Origin: an uncultured Bacteroidales bacterium
Lineage (GTDB): Bacteria; Bacteroidota; Bacteroidia; Bacteroidales; CAZJKL01
Reading direction: 5' to 3'
DNA: 64,000 bases
NCBI GenBank assembly: GCA_964546655.1
Contig: CAZJKL010000005.1
Location: forward strand, 8,220 to 72,219
In this document: piece after piece, positions 52,639-61,107 of the stretch
How positions within the stretch are numbered: position 1 is the first letter of the stretch
Layout of the letters: each line of letters begins with the position of its first letter
Notes under the pieces: generated by a model
What the model saw: the letters and a program-made list of their open reading frames with translations, nothing else
Database searches by the model: none
What the model was told of the DNA's origin: nothing
Made by a program: the position numbers and the translations under genes

Positions 52639-53256
52639 TTACTTTTTATTTTCAATTAGTGCTCTCAATTTTAAAAAGATGCGATATATTGATTCTATTT
52701 TCTCTCTATCAAAAAGCCAGTCTTGAATTAAATATATTCCAATATTTGAAGTGTCTTTTAGTGATGTTTCAAAATTGTTTCTCAAGTCATTTAATCCTAT
52801 TCTTAATCTTTCATCTATTTTAAACAAGTCTAAAATTAGGCCTTGTATTTCATAGTCATTAAGAAAGTTTATCTCTTGGTTCTCTGATGTGTCTGATTCT
52901 ATAAGTATTTCTTTATCAAAGTTGTTACCTATTGTTATTAGTCCTTTTTTACTTTGAAATATGTTTATTCTATGTATTAAATACTTCTTTTTTATTGTTA
53001 TTCTTTTCTGATTTAACTTGTCTATGTTTGAAAAAACACCAGAATAAAAATTCCTTTCTGAAAATCCTTTGGGGTCATAATAACTTAAGAACAAATCTCT
53101 TTTTTCTAAATCCATTGGTATTAAGACTGTTCGTTTCTGGTAAACTACTCTTTCTACAAAGTTTGAGGGATATGGTATTTCTTTATATTCAATTTCTCGT
53201 CCTGTAGATTTTGCAAAATCTATATAAAACGCTATTGAACTTGATATTTCTGTCAT
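52639..53256 (-). CDS. hypothetical protein (205 aa), no recognisable family
   Basis: ATG-initiated ORF. Its stop lies 1 nt from the end of the truncated transposase ORF. Spot G+C count is 15/60 at 52741-52800, similar to the AT-rich background. Confidence 0.45.
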   Translation of the reverse strand: MTEISSSIAFYIDFAKSTGREIEYKEIPYPSNFVERVVYQKRTVLIPMDLEKRDLFLSYYDPKGFSERNFYSGVFSNIDKLNQKRITIKKKYLIHRINIFQSKKGLITIGNNFDKEILIESDTSENQEINFLNDYEIQGLILDLFKIDERLRIGLNDLRNNFETSLKDTSNIGIYLIQDWLFDREKIESIYRIFLKLRALIENKK

Positions 53257-53439
53257 AATTTTATTTTTTAATCTTTTCTCTAATTTTATCTAAGTTAGGT
53301 GTCAAACTACCAACAACGGAGTTTTTTACCAAAGTTGGCAGAAACTTTATTTTCTTATTAAACCGCGACAAATAGTGTTGTGCTTTTCGTTGTTTTTGAT
53401 TTTGTAGTTTTGTACTTACACCTTTTTTGTTGTTTTTAA

Positions 53440-54321
53440 TTAGTTATTTTCTTCGTAATAATAAGAGTAATCAATCCCTTTCATAAACATTTCTCTGTCA
53501 TTTATTTTTGTAGTGATTACTTTTTCTAAAAGAGATTTTAGAACACTGCTTTTGGTTGGACTTAGCATCATTGCGTTCATGTAATCTTGCTTACTTATTT
53601 TACTCCAATCAACGCATTTTTCTAAGCGTTTTTTCAGTATCAAATCTAACCATATTCTGGTGCTTCTACCATTACCTTCCATAAAAGGGTGTGCAATATT
53701 CATTTCTACATATTTGTTTACGATTTCGTCAAATGTAGTTTCGGGCATTGCTTCTATTTGCTTTAATGTGTCGCCTAAAAATCGTGATACGGCAAATTGA
53801 AATCCTCCTTTTGAAATATTTTTTTGTCTAATTTGTCCCGCAAAATCATATAAACCTCCAAACAAATATGCATGTATTTGTTGCAAACCTTTTGTTGTAC
53901 CTACTTCTATGCTATTTATAAAAGAACTTTCAAACATTGCATAAGCTTTTGTTTTACTTTTTCCATCTATGCTTTCATCACTGTATGTAAACCATTCAAT
54001 AAATCGGTTGGCCTTTTTACCAGGAAATTCTTTACCTAAAGCAATTATACCGTTATAATCGAGCATATCGGCTAAACGCTTTTTACTGTCTGGTGCAAGA
54101 AATTTCAACTGGGTAGTAGCACTAACCACTTGACTGTTTTCTTTCTTTAACTTAGCTTTAAGATATTTCCAATAGTTTCGGGTTTTAGCGTAGTCGTCTT
54201 GGTCGGTAAGCAAAGCTACAATATCCAACACACTAAACCACCATTTTGAGTTTTGTTCGTCCCAAACGGCTCGCACTTCGCGATCGTCAAAAAAACGTAT
54301 GGATATTTTTGCATTACTCAT
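53440..54321 (-). CDS. Bro-N domain / Fic (Fido) domain fusion protein
   Basis: 293 aa. The N-terminus [32 protein letters not shown]...[12 protein letters not shown] is Bro-N-like. The C-terminal half has [11 protein letters not shown] and the canonical Fic motif [12 protein letters not shown]. Confidence 0.85.
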   Translation of the reverse strand: MSNAKISIRFFDDREVRAVWDEQNSKWWFSVLDIVALLTDQDDYAKTRNYWKYLKAKLKKENSQVVSATTQLKFLAPDSKKRLADMLDYNGIIALGKEFPGKKANRFIEWFTYSDESIDGKSKTKAYAMFESSFINSIEVGTTKGLQQIHAYLFGGLYDFAGQIRQKNISKGGFQFAVSRFLGDTLKQIEAMPETTFDEIVNKYVEMNIAHPFMEGNGRSTRIWLDLILKKRLEKCVDWSKISKQDYMNAMMLSPTKSSVLKSLLEKVITTKINDREMFMKGIDYSYYYEENN

Positions 54322-54411
54322 AATATTTTTCTATTCGCAAATTGTATTGTAACTGTTTAATTTGGATATTATTAAAACAAAAAAGGGGATGTCTAAAAAG
54401 GACATTTTTTT

Positions 54412-54479
54412 GTCATTTTGAACGAAGTGAAAAATCTTAACACATTTAATGTTAGATTCTTCGCTTCGCTCAGAAAGAC
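54412..54479. repeat. REP-like palindromic element
   Basis: gtcattttgaacgaagtgaaaaatc, a 19-nt spacer, then gattcttcgcttcgctcagaaagac. The arms are reverse complements at about 80 percent. Same GTCA..CTGA.CGAAG family as the units at 6309-7075. Confidence 0.75.
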
Positions 54480-54536
54480 ACATTTTCGTTTTTTCGGACA
54501 ACCTCTTTGAATTATTACAATAAAAAATGGTTTATC

Positions 54537-55403
54537 TTATTGAATATTTATTTTATTAACAGACTGATATTCACTATTATAAACTTTTACAAAATACATT
54601 CCTGATGATAAATTTGAAACGTTTATAGTTTTATTTAATTCACCATTTTGAATTTGTGAGTTATATACAATTTGTCCGTTTAAATTAACAATTTGAATTT
54701 TAGTATCGGTATTGTTATTTTCTAAATTAACAAACAAATAATTATCAGCATTTGTTGGAAAAACTTTAACATTATTTTCTTCAATATTTTCTAATCCTAA
54801 AGCATTTCCTTCTGCTGATAATTCATCTATTGTAAAAGTACTACCTGGTTTAGTCGCATTAGTTTTTGAAGAATAAAATGTTATTATTATTTTATCTGGT
54901 TGAATATAATTAGAGTAACTTAAATTAACTTCAAATTTAGTCCAAACATCAACATTTCCACTGCTAGTAAATTCACCTGTAGCAATATCAGATCCTCCGT
55001 TTTGCAATCTAACTTTAACAATAGCATCATCTGTTATTGAATCTGTATGATATTTAAACCAACCAACTATTTTTTCTGGGGTATCTGTAAAAGCAGCACC
55101 TCCTGTTGGATCTCCCATTCCAATTGTGCCACAAGTTAAAACACCAGTAAAAGGAGTTCTAATACTATCCAGTCCTTGAAAAATAGGAGGAATAACTAAA
55201 TTTTTAGAAACAATATTTACTGAGGAACTTCCTGCATAAGGAGAAGTAGTTTTTTGCATAACACTGCCAGCTATTGTACCGTTTAATGAGTTCCAACTAG
55301 TTGGATTTCCATCTGTCCAATTTTCAAAACCTGGATTTGGAATTTGTGCATTTGAAATTATTGCAAATGATAGTAAAGTAATTAATGTGTAGATTTTTTT
55401 CAT
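54537..55403 (-). CDS. T9SS-secreted protein (PCMD/CBM-like beta-sandwich plus type-A sorting domain)
   Basis: 288 aa with a signal peptide, IPNPGFENWTDGNPTSWNS near the N-terminus, and a C-terminal VFPTNADNYLFV...SGMYFVKV Por secretion tail. Confidence 0.7.
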   Translation of the reverse strand: MKKIYTLITLLSFAIISNAQIPNPGFENWTDGNPTSWNSLNGTIAGSVMQKTTSPYAGSSSVNIVSKNLVIPPIFQGLDSIRTPFTGVLTCGTIGMGDPTGGAAFTDTPEKIVGWFKYHTDSITDDAIVKVRLQNGGSDIATGEFTSSGNVDVWTKFEVNLSYSNYIQPDKIIITFYSSKTNATKPGSTFTIDELSAEGNALGLENIEENNVKVFPTNADNYLFVNLENNNTDTKIQIVNLNGQIVYNSQIQNGELNKTINVSNLSSGMYFVKVYNSEYQSVNKINIQ

Positions 55404-55439
55404 AATATCTTATATTTAATTGTTAGAAATTTAATGGTG

Positions 55440-55447
55440 CAAATATA
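55440..55447 (-). promoter_or_regulatory. candidate -7 box (TATATTTG on minus strand)
   Basis: The plus strand reads CAAATATA, 37 nt upstream of the ATG at 55403. Confidence 0.4.
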
Positions 55448-55487
55448 ATGTTTTCAGGATATTATAAAAAATAATTTCAATATTTAA

Positions 55488-58400
55488 CTAATGCTTTATA
55501 ACTATTTTTTGAACTATGTAATTATTTTCTGAATTAATCTTTAAGAAATAAATTCCTGATGAAATATTGTCGGTGTTTATTTTTAATTCATTTATTCCTA
55601 TTTTATTTAATAAAACATTCTTATAATAAAAAACTTCGCCTTTAATATTAATAATTTCAATATCAACACTAGTATTATCATAAGCATTTAAACTCAAATT
55701 AAGTTCACTATTGCAAGGGTTTGGATAAACTTCGAACAAACTAAAATCAGTAATTTCAGCAATATTATTATATCCAATTATAGCCATAGTATCTATAAAA
55801 CAATCGTTGCTATCAGTAACAATAACTGAATAATAACCCGAACACAAATTATAAATACTATCAGTACTTTCACTTGTTCCCCATAAATAATAATATGGTG
55901 GTGTTCCTCCAAAAATATTTACTTTTGCATTACCATCACACAATAAATGCGATGTTTCATCATTAATTTGTAGTGTTAAATAAAGTGAATCTGGACTATT
56001 TATAATTGTATCAGAAGATGTTATACATCCTTTTGCATCTGTAACTTGAACTATATTAGAACCTTTACATAATCGATAAGCCGTTATGCTTGTTTCCTGA
56101 GAACTATTCCATAAATAAGAATATGGCATTGTTCCTCCAACTGCAATAACTGTTGCTTTACCATTACATTCATTATTACATTTAATATCTTCTTTTAATG
56201 AAATAAATGAAAATAAAGAGTCGGGTTGTGAAAGAACAATTACGGTATCAATAACACAATTTTTATTATCAATTAAATTAAGCCTATAAATACCTGATGA
56301 TAAGTTATTTATAGAAGAAGCATTTTGATTTAAAGGTGTCCATAAATACTGTATAGGTTGCTGTGCATTATTTGCAATAACATTAATACTTCCATCTGAA
56401 TATTTAAAACAACTAGGATCTTGTATAGTTAAATTCACATTTAAACAATTAGTACTTGTGATATTAACACTTTTATTTTTAGTACAACCATTTGCATCAG
56501 TAACAGTAACAGTGTAATTTCCTATACATAAACCAAATGAAGTATCGTTAGCTTGAGCTAAATTATCGTTCCATAAATAATTATAAGGCTGTGTACCTCC
56601 CAACGCTAGAACAATAGCCTTAGCATCACAATACTTGCAACACGATTCTGCCAAGAAAGATGTTGATAAAGATAGTTTTGCAGGTTCAATAATTTCAATT
56701 GTATCTATAGATAAACATCCTTTAGCATCAAAAACAGTTAAATAGTATTCGCCTTTACATAAATTTGATATAACTGTGGTATTATTTCCAACACTATTCC
56801 AAGTATAAGTTACAGGTTCAATTCCATTAGTTTTAACTCTAACCGCTCCATCACATAATCCAAAACAAGAAATATGTTTAACCGAATCAAAATCAATAAT
56901 AATAGTATCATGTTTAATAATATTAATTGTATCAATAAACACACACCCTAAATTATCAGATAAAGTATATGAATAAACTCCTTCACATAAATTTTCCCGA
57001 ACCGAATCCGTAGAAGCATCATTCCAAGAAAAACTATATGGCTTCTCCCCTCCTTTTAATTGCAAGTTTATAGTACCACTACAATTTTGAGTACATCCAA
57101 TAATAGTATCACCAGTAAAAATTGTTCTTAATGCTTTAGAATTATCAAGAACAACAGTATCGCTAACAATACAATTATTAAAATCGGTAATATTAACTAT
57201 ATATTCACCTAAAAAAAGTTTTGTAGCTAAAGCTGTAGTTTGATTTTCTGAATCATTCCATAAATAATTATAAGGACTGGTTCCTCCGGTAACAATAGAT
57301 TGAATAGTAGCATTAGTATCAGATAAACACTTAATATCATTAATTAAAAATGAAATATTTAAAGTATCAGGACTAGTAATTTGAATAGAATCAACAATAG
57401 AAATACCTAAGGAATCTGTAACTGTCAGATAATATAATCCTTCACATAAACCTGTTGCAATGTTTGTTGTTTGAGCATTAGCATCACTCCACAAATAGCT
57501 ATAAGGTTGAACACCACCTATTACATTAGCAGTAGCAGAACCATCACAATTATAAGAACAAGATTTATTATTTACATTATTAAAAGTCATTTTTAAATTA
57601 TAGCTTGAATTTGCTATTCGAGTATTAGTTTTTAATTCTGTTAAAGAACTTCCGCAAACAATTGCAAAAGCTAATGTAATTGAATCTCCAGCATTTAAGT
57701 TTAAAGGCTCACAAGAAATTGATTGAGATATATCATTAGTATCTGCAGTTAATTTATTTGTTGACAGCATATTATACTTTTCAATTCCAGAAAAATTATC
57801 ATATAAATTTAAGCTTCCGTTAACGCCAGGGTTTTCATTAATCCATGCTTTTGCATTTTGTTGAGTTAATAACGAAACTCCTGCAAAAACAGCTTGAGTT
57901 GAAGGGTAAGTATATATAAGTTTATTAGTTGAATTATAATTACCTATATTATTAGAATATTGATCAATATCAAAATCACAAAACAATCCGGCACTAAAAC
58001 CATTAAGAGCAGAAGCACCGTTATTAATAATTTTATATTCAACAATATAAAAATTCTTTTTAGGGTCATTTTCCCAAAAATAACTTTTATGTTTAACCTT
58101 AACATTTAACTTATTTGCAGCAGCATTATCATCATTAAATTCGCCATAAGTCTCATAATCACATTTATTAGAATTTACTTTCTTAATAACTTTTACAATA
58201 TTAAAATCTGCATCATAAGGATTAACTGAAGAGCTACCATAAGTCATATCCGAAACCTTAGAATCTGAAGTTCCAACCATTAAACTTCCAGCAAAAATTA
58301 AATTATTATTATTATATTCTAATCCTAACCCTTGAGTATTTGCAGAATTATTATATCCAATCATTCCTTTGCTTGTAACCGAAGTAGATATGTTGTTAAT

Positions 58401-60128
58401 ATCTACATCAATATAGTTTTTATTAGCTACAAAACTGATATATTCAAATCCTCGATAATCACCTTCTAAATATTCAATTTTCAAATAGATAGTTGTTAAC
58501 TCTGGCGTTGTATTTAAAATTTTTATTGAAAAAGGATCATTATTATTATCTTTAATCTGATACGTTCCAATTTCACCAATATTAGTTGAATCATCTATAA
58601 TTTGAATATATGGAGATTCTGAAGTAATATTAATAACCATATTAGTTGCTGGTTTAAGAAAATTAATAAATTCACCTCTTAAAAAAACTGTATCACCAAG
58701 TGAAAAAACATCTCCATGATTATCTGTTAAAGAATAATCTATAATTTTTAAAGATGGCTTTGAAACAGTTAATGCTTTGTATAAATTTATTCTTCCGTAA
58801 CCAAGTTGGTCTTTGTATGCAGCATTTCCAGGAAGATTATCAATAACATCAGCAGAAATCTTCAATTGTTCTCCTGCCTGAACAGCTGTAAAACTTGGAT
58901 AATATGAGCGAACTATAGCTGCACACCCTGCTGTAAAAGGAGATGACATTGATGTTCCAAAGGCTTTACGATAACCACCTCCGTTTTCGGTTGTATAAAG
59001 ATCATATCCTGGAGCACAAACATCAACATATTTTCCATAACTTGAACCAATTGGAGGAATAACTTTTATATCTGACTGATTTGTGTTTGCAACACTTAAA
59101 ACATAATGATAAGAAGCAGGATAAAAAGGAACATCATCATTATTATTTCCTGCTGCTGCAACAACTAAAGCATCCTTTGTAAGCGTAGCATAATAAATTA
59201 CATCTTGGTTATATTGGCTTGGGGTACCGGTGCTTCCCCATGAACAATTAATAACCTTGCAACCTCTATCGGCTGCATATACAATAGCAGTGTAGCTATT
59301 TACCATGCTTCCTGCTGTATTCATAATTTTGAGAGGCAATACTTTACATTTATATCCTGAACCTGCAGTTCCTATTGTATTATTTGTTGTAGCAGCACAT
59401 AAACCTTGCGTGTGAACACCATGTGCATTTGTTTCGCATTGGGTTGTATTATCTGAATTTCCAAAATCCCAACCAGTAAAATCATCAATTAAACCATTAC
59501 CATCATCATCAACTCCATTTATAGGGTCACTATAATTCTTTTTCACATTATTAACTAAATCTGGGTGGTCTATATCTGAGCCTGTATCGGTAAGTCCTAT
59601 TACAACATTAGTGTCGCCAGTAGAAATATCCCAACCTTCAAATACTTTACATAAAGTTAATGCATAATTATAGTTAGGTGCATTTGCTGCCTTTGCTCCT
59701 GGATCATTTGGAATAAATAAAGGTTCGTTTTCATATTCAGGTTCAATATATTCAAAAATTTTTAAACTATATAATGAATTAATTACTTCTTCAATGCTTT
59801 TCTCTGAAGTATATTCTATTTTATAAATTAAAGTTAAATCAATAAACTTTCCCCCTATTAATTCTGATTTCTGAAATAAATCATATTCTTTATTAATATC
59901 TTTATTCGGAAAAATTTTACCTAACTTAACTGTTCCTAATTCTGAAAAATAATTATTTAACCTTTCAAAATTTATATTATTAGCACTGCAATTATCACGA
60001 TATTCGGGCTTTACTTTTAATATAACTGTTTTAGGAATATATTTATCATTCGAACCCAATCTAAAATACTGTGCATTAGATAAATAAGTGAATAAAAATA
60101 ATATTGATAATGTTAAAATTAATCTCAT
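55488..60128 (-). CDS. S8 (subtilisin-family) serine peptidase with eight SprB-repeat modules and T9SS type-A sorting domain
   Basis: 1546 aa with catalytic D (GLTDTGSDIDHPD), H (AHGVHTQG) and S (GTSMSSPFTAG). Eight modules of about 77 aa carry C..C.G.a.v...GG..PY.YLW. The C-terminus is VYPNPCNSELNL...SGIYFLKI. Confidence 0.9.
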   Translation of the reverse strand: MRLILTLSILFLFTYLSNAQYFRLGSNDKYIPKTVILKVKPEYRDNCSANNINFERLNNYFSELGTVKLGKIFPNKDINKEYDLFQKSELIGGKFIDLTLIYKIEYTSEKSIEEVINSLYSLKIFEYIEPEYENEPLFIPNDPGAKAANAPNYNYALTLCKVFEGWDISTGDTNVVIGLTDTGSDIDHPDLVNNVKKNYSDPINGVDDDGNGLIDDFTGWDFGNSDNTTQCETNAHGVHTQGLCAATTNNTIGTAGSGYKCKVLPLKIMNTAGSMVNSYTAIVYAADRGCKVINCSWGSTGTPSQYNQDVIYYATLTKDALVVAAAGNNNDDVPFYPASYHYVLSVANTNQSDIKVIPPIGSSYGKYVDVCAPGYDLYTTENGGGYRKAFGTSMSSPFTAGCAAIVRSYYPSFTAVQAGEQLKISADVIDNLPGNAAYKDQLGYGRINLYKALTVSKPSLKIIDYSLTDNHGDVFSLGDTVFLRGEFINFLKPATNMVINITSESPYIQIIDDSTNIGEIGTYQIKDNNNDPFSIKILNTTPELTTIYLKIEYLEGDYRGFEYISFVANKNYIDVDINNISTSVTSKGMIGYNNSANTQGLGLEYNNNNLIFAGSLMVGTSDSKVSDMTYGSSSVNPYDADFNIVKVIKKVNSNKCDYETYGEFNDDNAAANKLNVKVKHKSYFWENDPKKNFYIVEYKIINNGASALNGFSAGLFCDFDIDQYSNNIGNYNSTNKLIYTYPSTQAVFAGVSLLTQQNAKAWINENPGVNGSLNLYDNFSGIEKYNMLSTNKLTADTNDISQSISCEPLNLNAGDSITLAFAIVCGSSLTELKTNTRIANSSYNLKMTFNNVNNKSCSYNCDGSATANVIGGVQPYSYLWSDANAQTTNIATGLCEGLYYLTVTDSLGISIVDSIQITSPDTLNISFLINDIKCLSDTNATIQSIVTGGTSPYNYLWNDSENQTTALATKLFLGEYIVNITDFNNCIVSDTVVLDNSKALRTIFTGDTIIGCTQNCSGTINLQLKGGEKPYSFSWNDASTDSVRENLCEGVYSYTLSDNLGCVFIDTINIIKHDTIIIDFDSVKHISCFGLCDGAVRVKTNGIEPVTYTWNSVGNNTTVISNLCKGEYYLTVFDAKGCLSIDTIEIIEPAKLSLSTSFLAESCCKYCDAKAIVLALGGTQPYNYLWNDNLAQANDTSFGLCIGNYTVTVTDANGCTKNKSVNITSTNCLNVNLTIQDPSCFKYSDGSINVIANNAQQPIQYLWTPLNQNASSINNLSSGIYRLNLIDNKNCVIDTVIVLSQPDSLFSFISLKEDIKCNNECNGKATVIAVGGTMPYSYLWNSSQETSITAYRLCKGSNIVQVTDAKGCITSSDTIINSPDSLYLTLQINDETSHLLCDGNAKVNIFGGTPPYYYLWGTSESTDSIYNLCSGYYSVIVTDSNDCFIDTMAIIGYNNIAEITDFSLFEVYPNPCNSELNLSLNAYDNTSVDIEIINIKGEVFYYKNVLLNKIGINELKINTDNISSGIYFLKINSENNYIVQKIVIKH
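55780..57570 (-). repeat. intragenic tandem array of 8 SprB-type modules (~230 nt period)
   Basis: The protein-level repeats GGVQPYSYLW, GGTSPYNYLW, GGEKPYSFSW, GIEPVTYTW, GGTQPYNYLW, AQQPIQYLW, GGTMPYSYLW and GGTPPYYYLW are each preceded by a Cys pair. Boundaries are approximate. Confidence 0.8.
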
Positions 60129-60197
60129 TTGCGTTAGATAATTTATTATTATTTAGACGATGATATATTGTTAAAGTTGCATTTTTTAGTTTGAAAT

Positions 60198-61034
60198 TTA
60201 TATTAAATTTTTAATTAATAATGGCTCTTTCATTTTATATCCTTTTTCGGTTTTTTGAATATAACAACACTCATTATTTAAATCGTGTTCAAATATTAAT
60301 ATATAATTATTATTAACTGCTTCGTTTAAAAATGCTTCCTTTTCTGAAATAGCTAATAAAGGATTATTGTCATAACTTGCAACAACTGGCAAATGAATAT
60401 GAAATGCAGATGGAATAAAATCGGCAGTATATACAAATGTTTTGTCGTTATTTTTCATATAAGTTATTATTTGACCTTCGGTGTGACCGTAAGAAAATTT
60501 TAATAAAATATTCTCATCTATAAAAGTTTCTTTTTCTATTAGTTTTAATAATTTATAGTTATTTAAAGGTTCTATGTTTTCTTTTAGAATTGACGCTTTT
60601 TCTCTAATATTAGGATTAAACGACATATCCCATTGCTTCTTACTAATCCAATAATTTGCATTTTTAAAAGTTGGAACTATCTCATTATTTTCTATAGTTA
60701 AAGCTCCGCCAATATGATCAAAGTGAAGATGTGTTATAATTAAATCTGTTACATCGTCAAAACTAAATCCTAATTCTTTAAATGATTTTTCTAAGCTATA
60801 ATCACTATTTAAATAAAAATATTTCAAATATTTTTCATCTTGTTTATTTCCAATTCCAGCATCTATTAGAATAAGTTTTTCAGAAGTTTTTATTAATAAA
60901 CACCTATTAACAACTTCAATCATATTGTTTTCATCTGGAATACTTTCTCTGCACCATATTGTTTTTGGAACCACTCCAAAACACGCTCCTCCATCTAACT
61001 TAAATTTATCTGTAATAATCGGATATAATTGCAT
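60198..61034 (-). CDS. MBL-fold metallo-hydrolase
   Basis: 278 aa with the THLHFDHIGG zinc-binding motif and later H/D ligands. Confidence 0.85.
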   Translation of the reverse strand: MQLYPIITDKFKLDGGACFGVVPKTIWCRESIPDENNMIEVVNRCLLIKTSEKLILIDAGIGNKQDEKYLKYFYLNSDYSLEKSFKELGFSFDDVTDLIITHLHFDHIGGALTIENNEIVPTFKNANYWISKKQWDMSFNPNIREKASILKENIEPLNNYKLLKLIEKETFIDENILLKFSYGHTEGQIITYMKNNDKTFVYTADFIPSAFHIHLPVVASYDNNPLLAISEKEAFLNEAVNNNYILIFEHDLNNECCYIQKTEKGYKMKEPLLIKNLI

Positions 61035-61107
61035 AGGTCTAATTTAACTCATTTTTTAAAGTATAAAATTAGTTTAATTTAATATACTATCCAAAAGAAA
61101 ATAATTT

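Noticed and set aside
52932-53207. 91-aa plus-strand ORF antisense to the 205-aa gene.
   Set aside because: It is a Leu/Phe-rich mirror frame with no promoter box. The minus-strand ORF is longer and ATG-initiated. The 205-aa call is itself only moderate.
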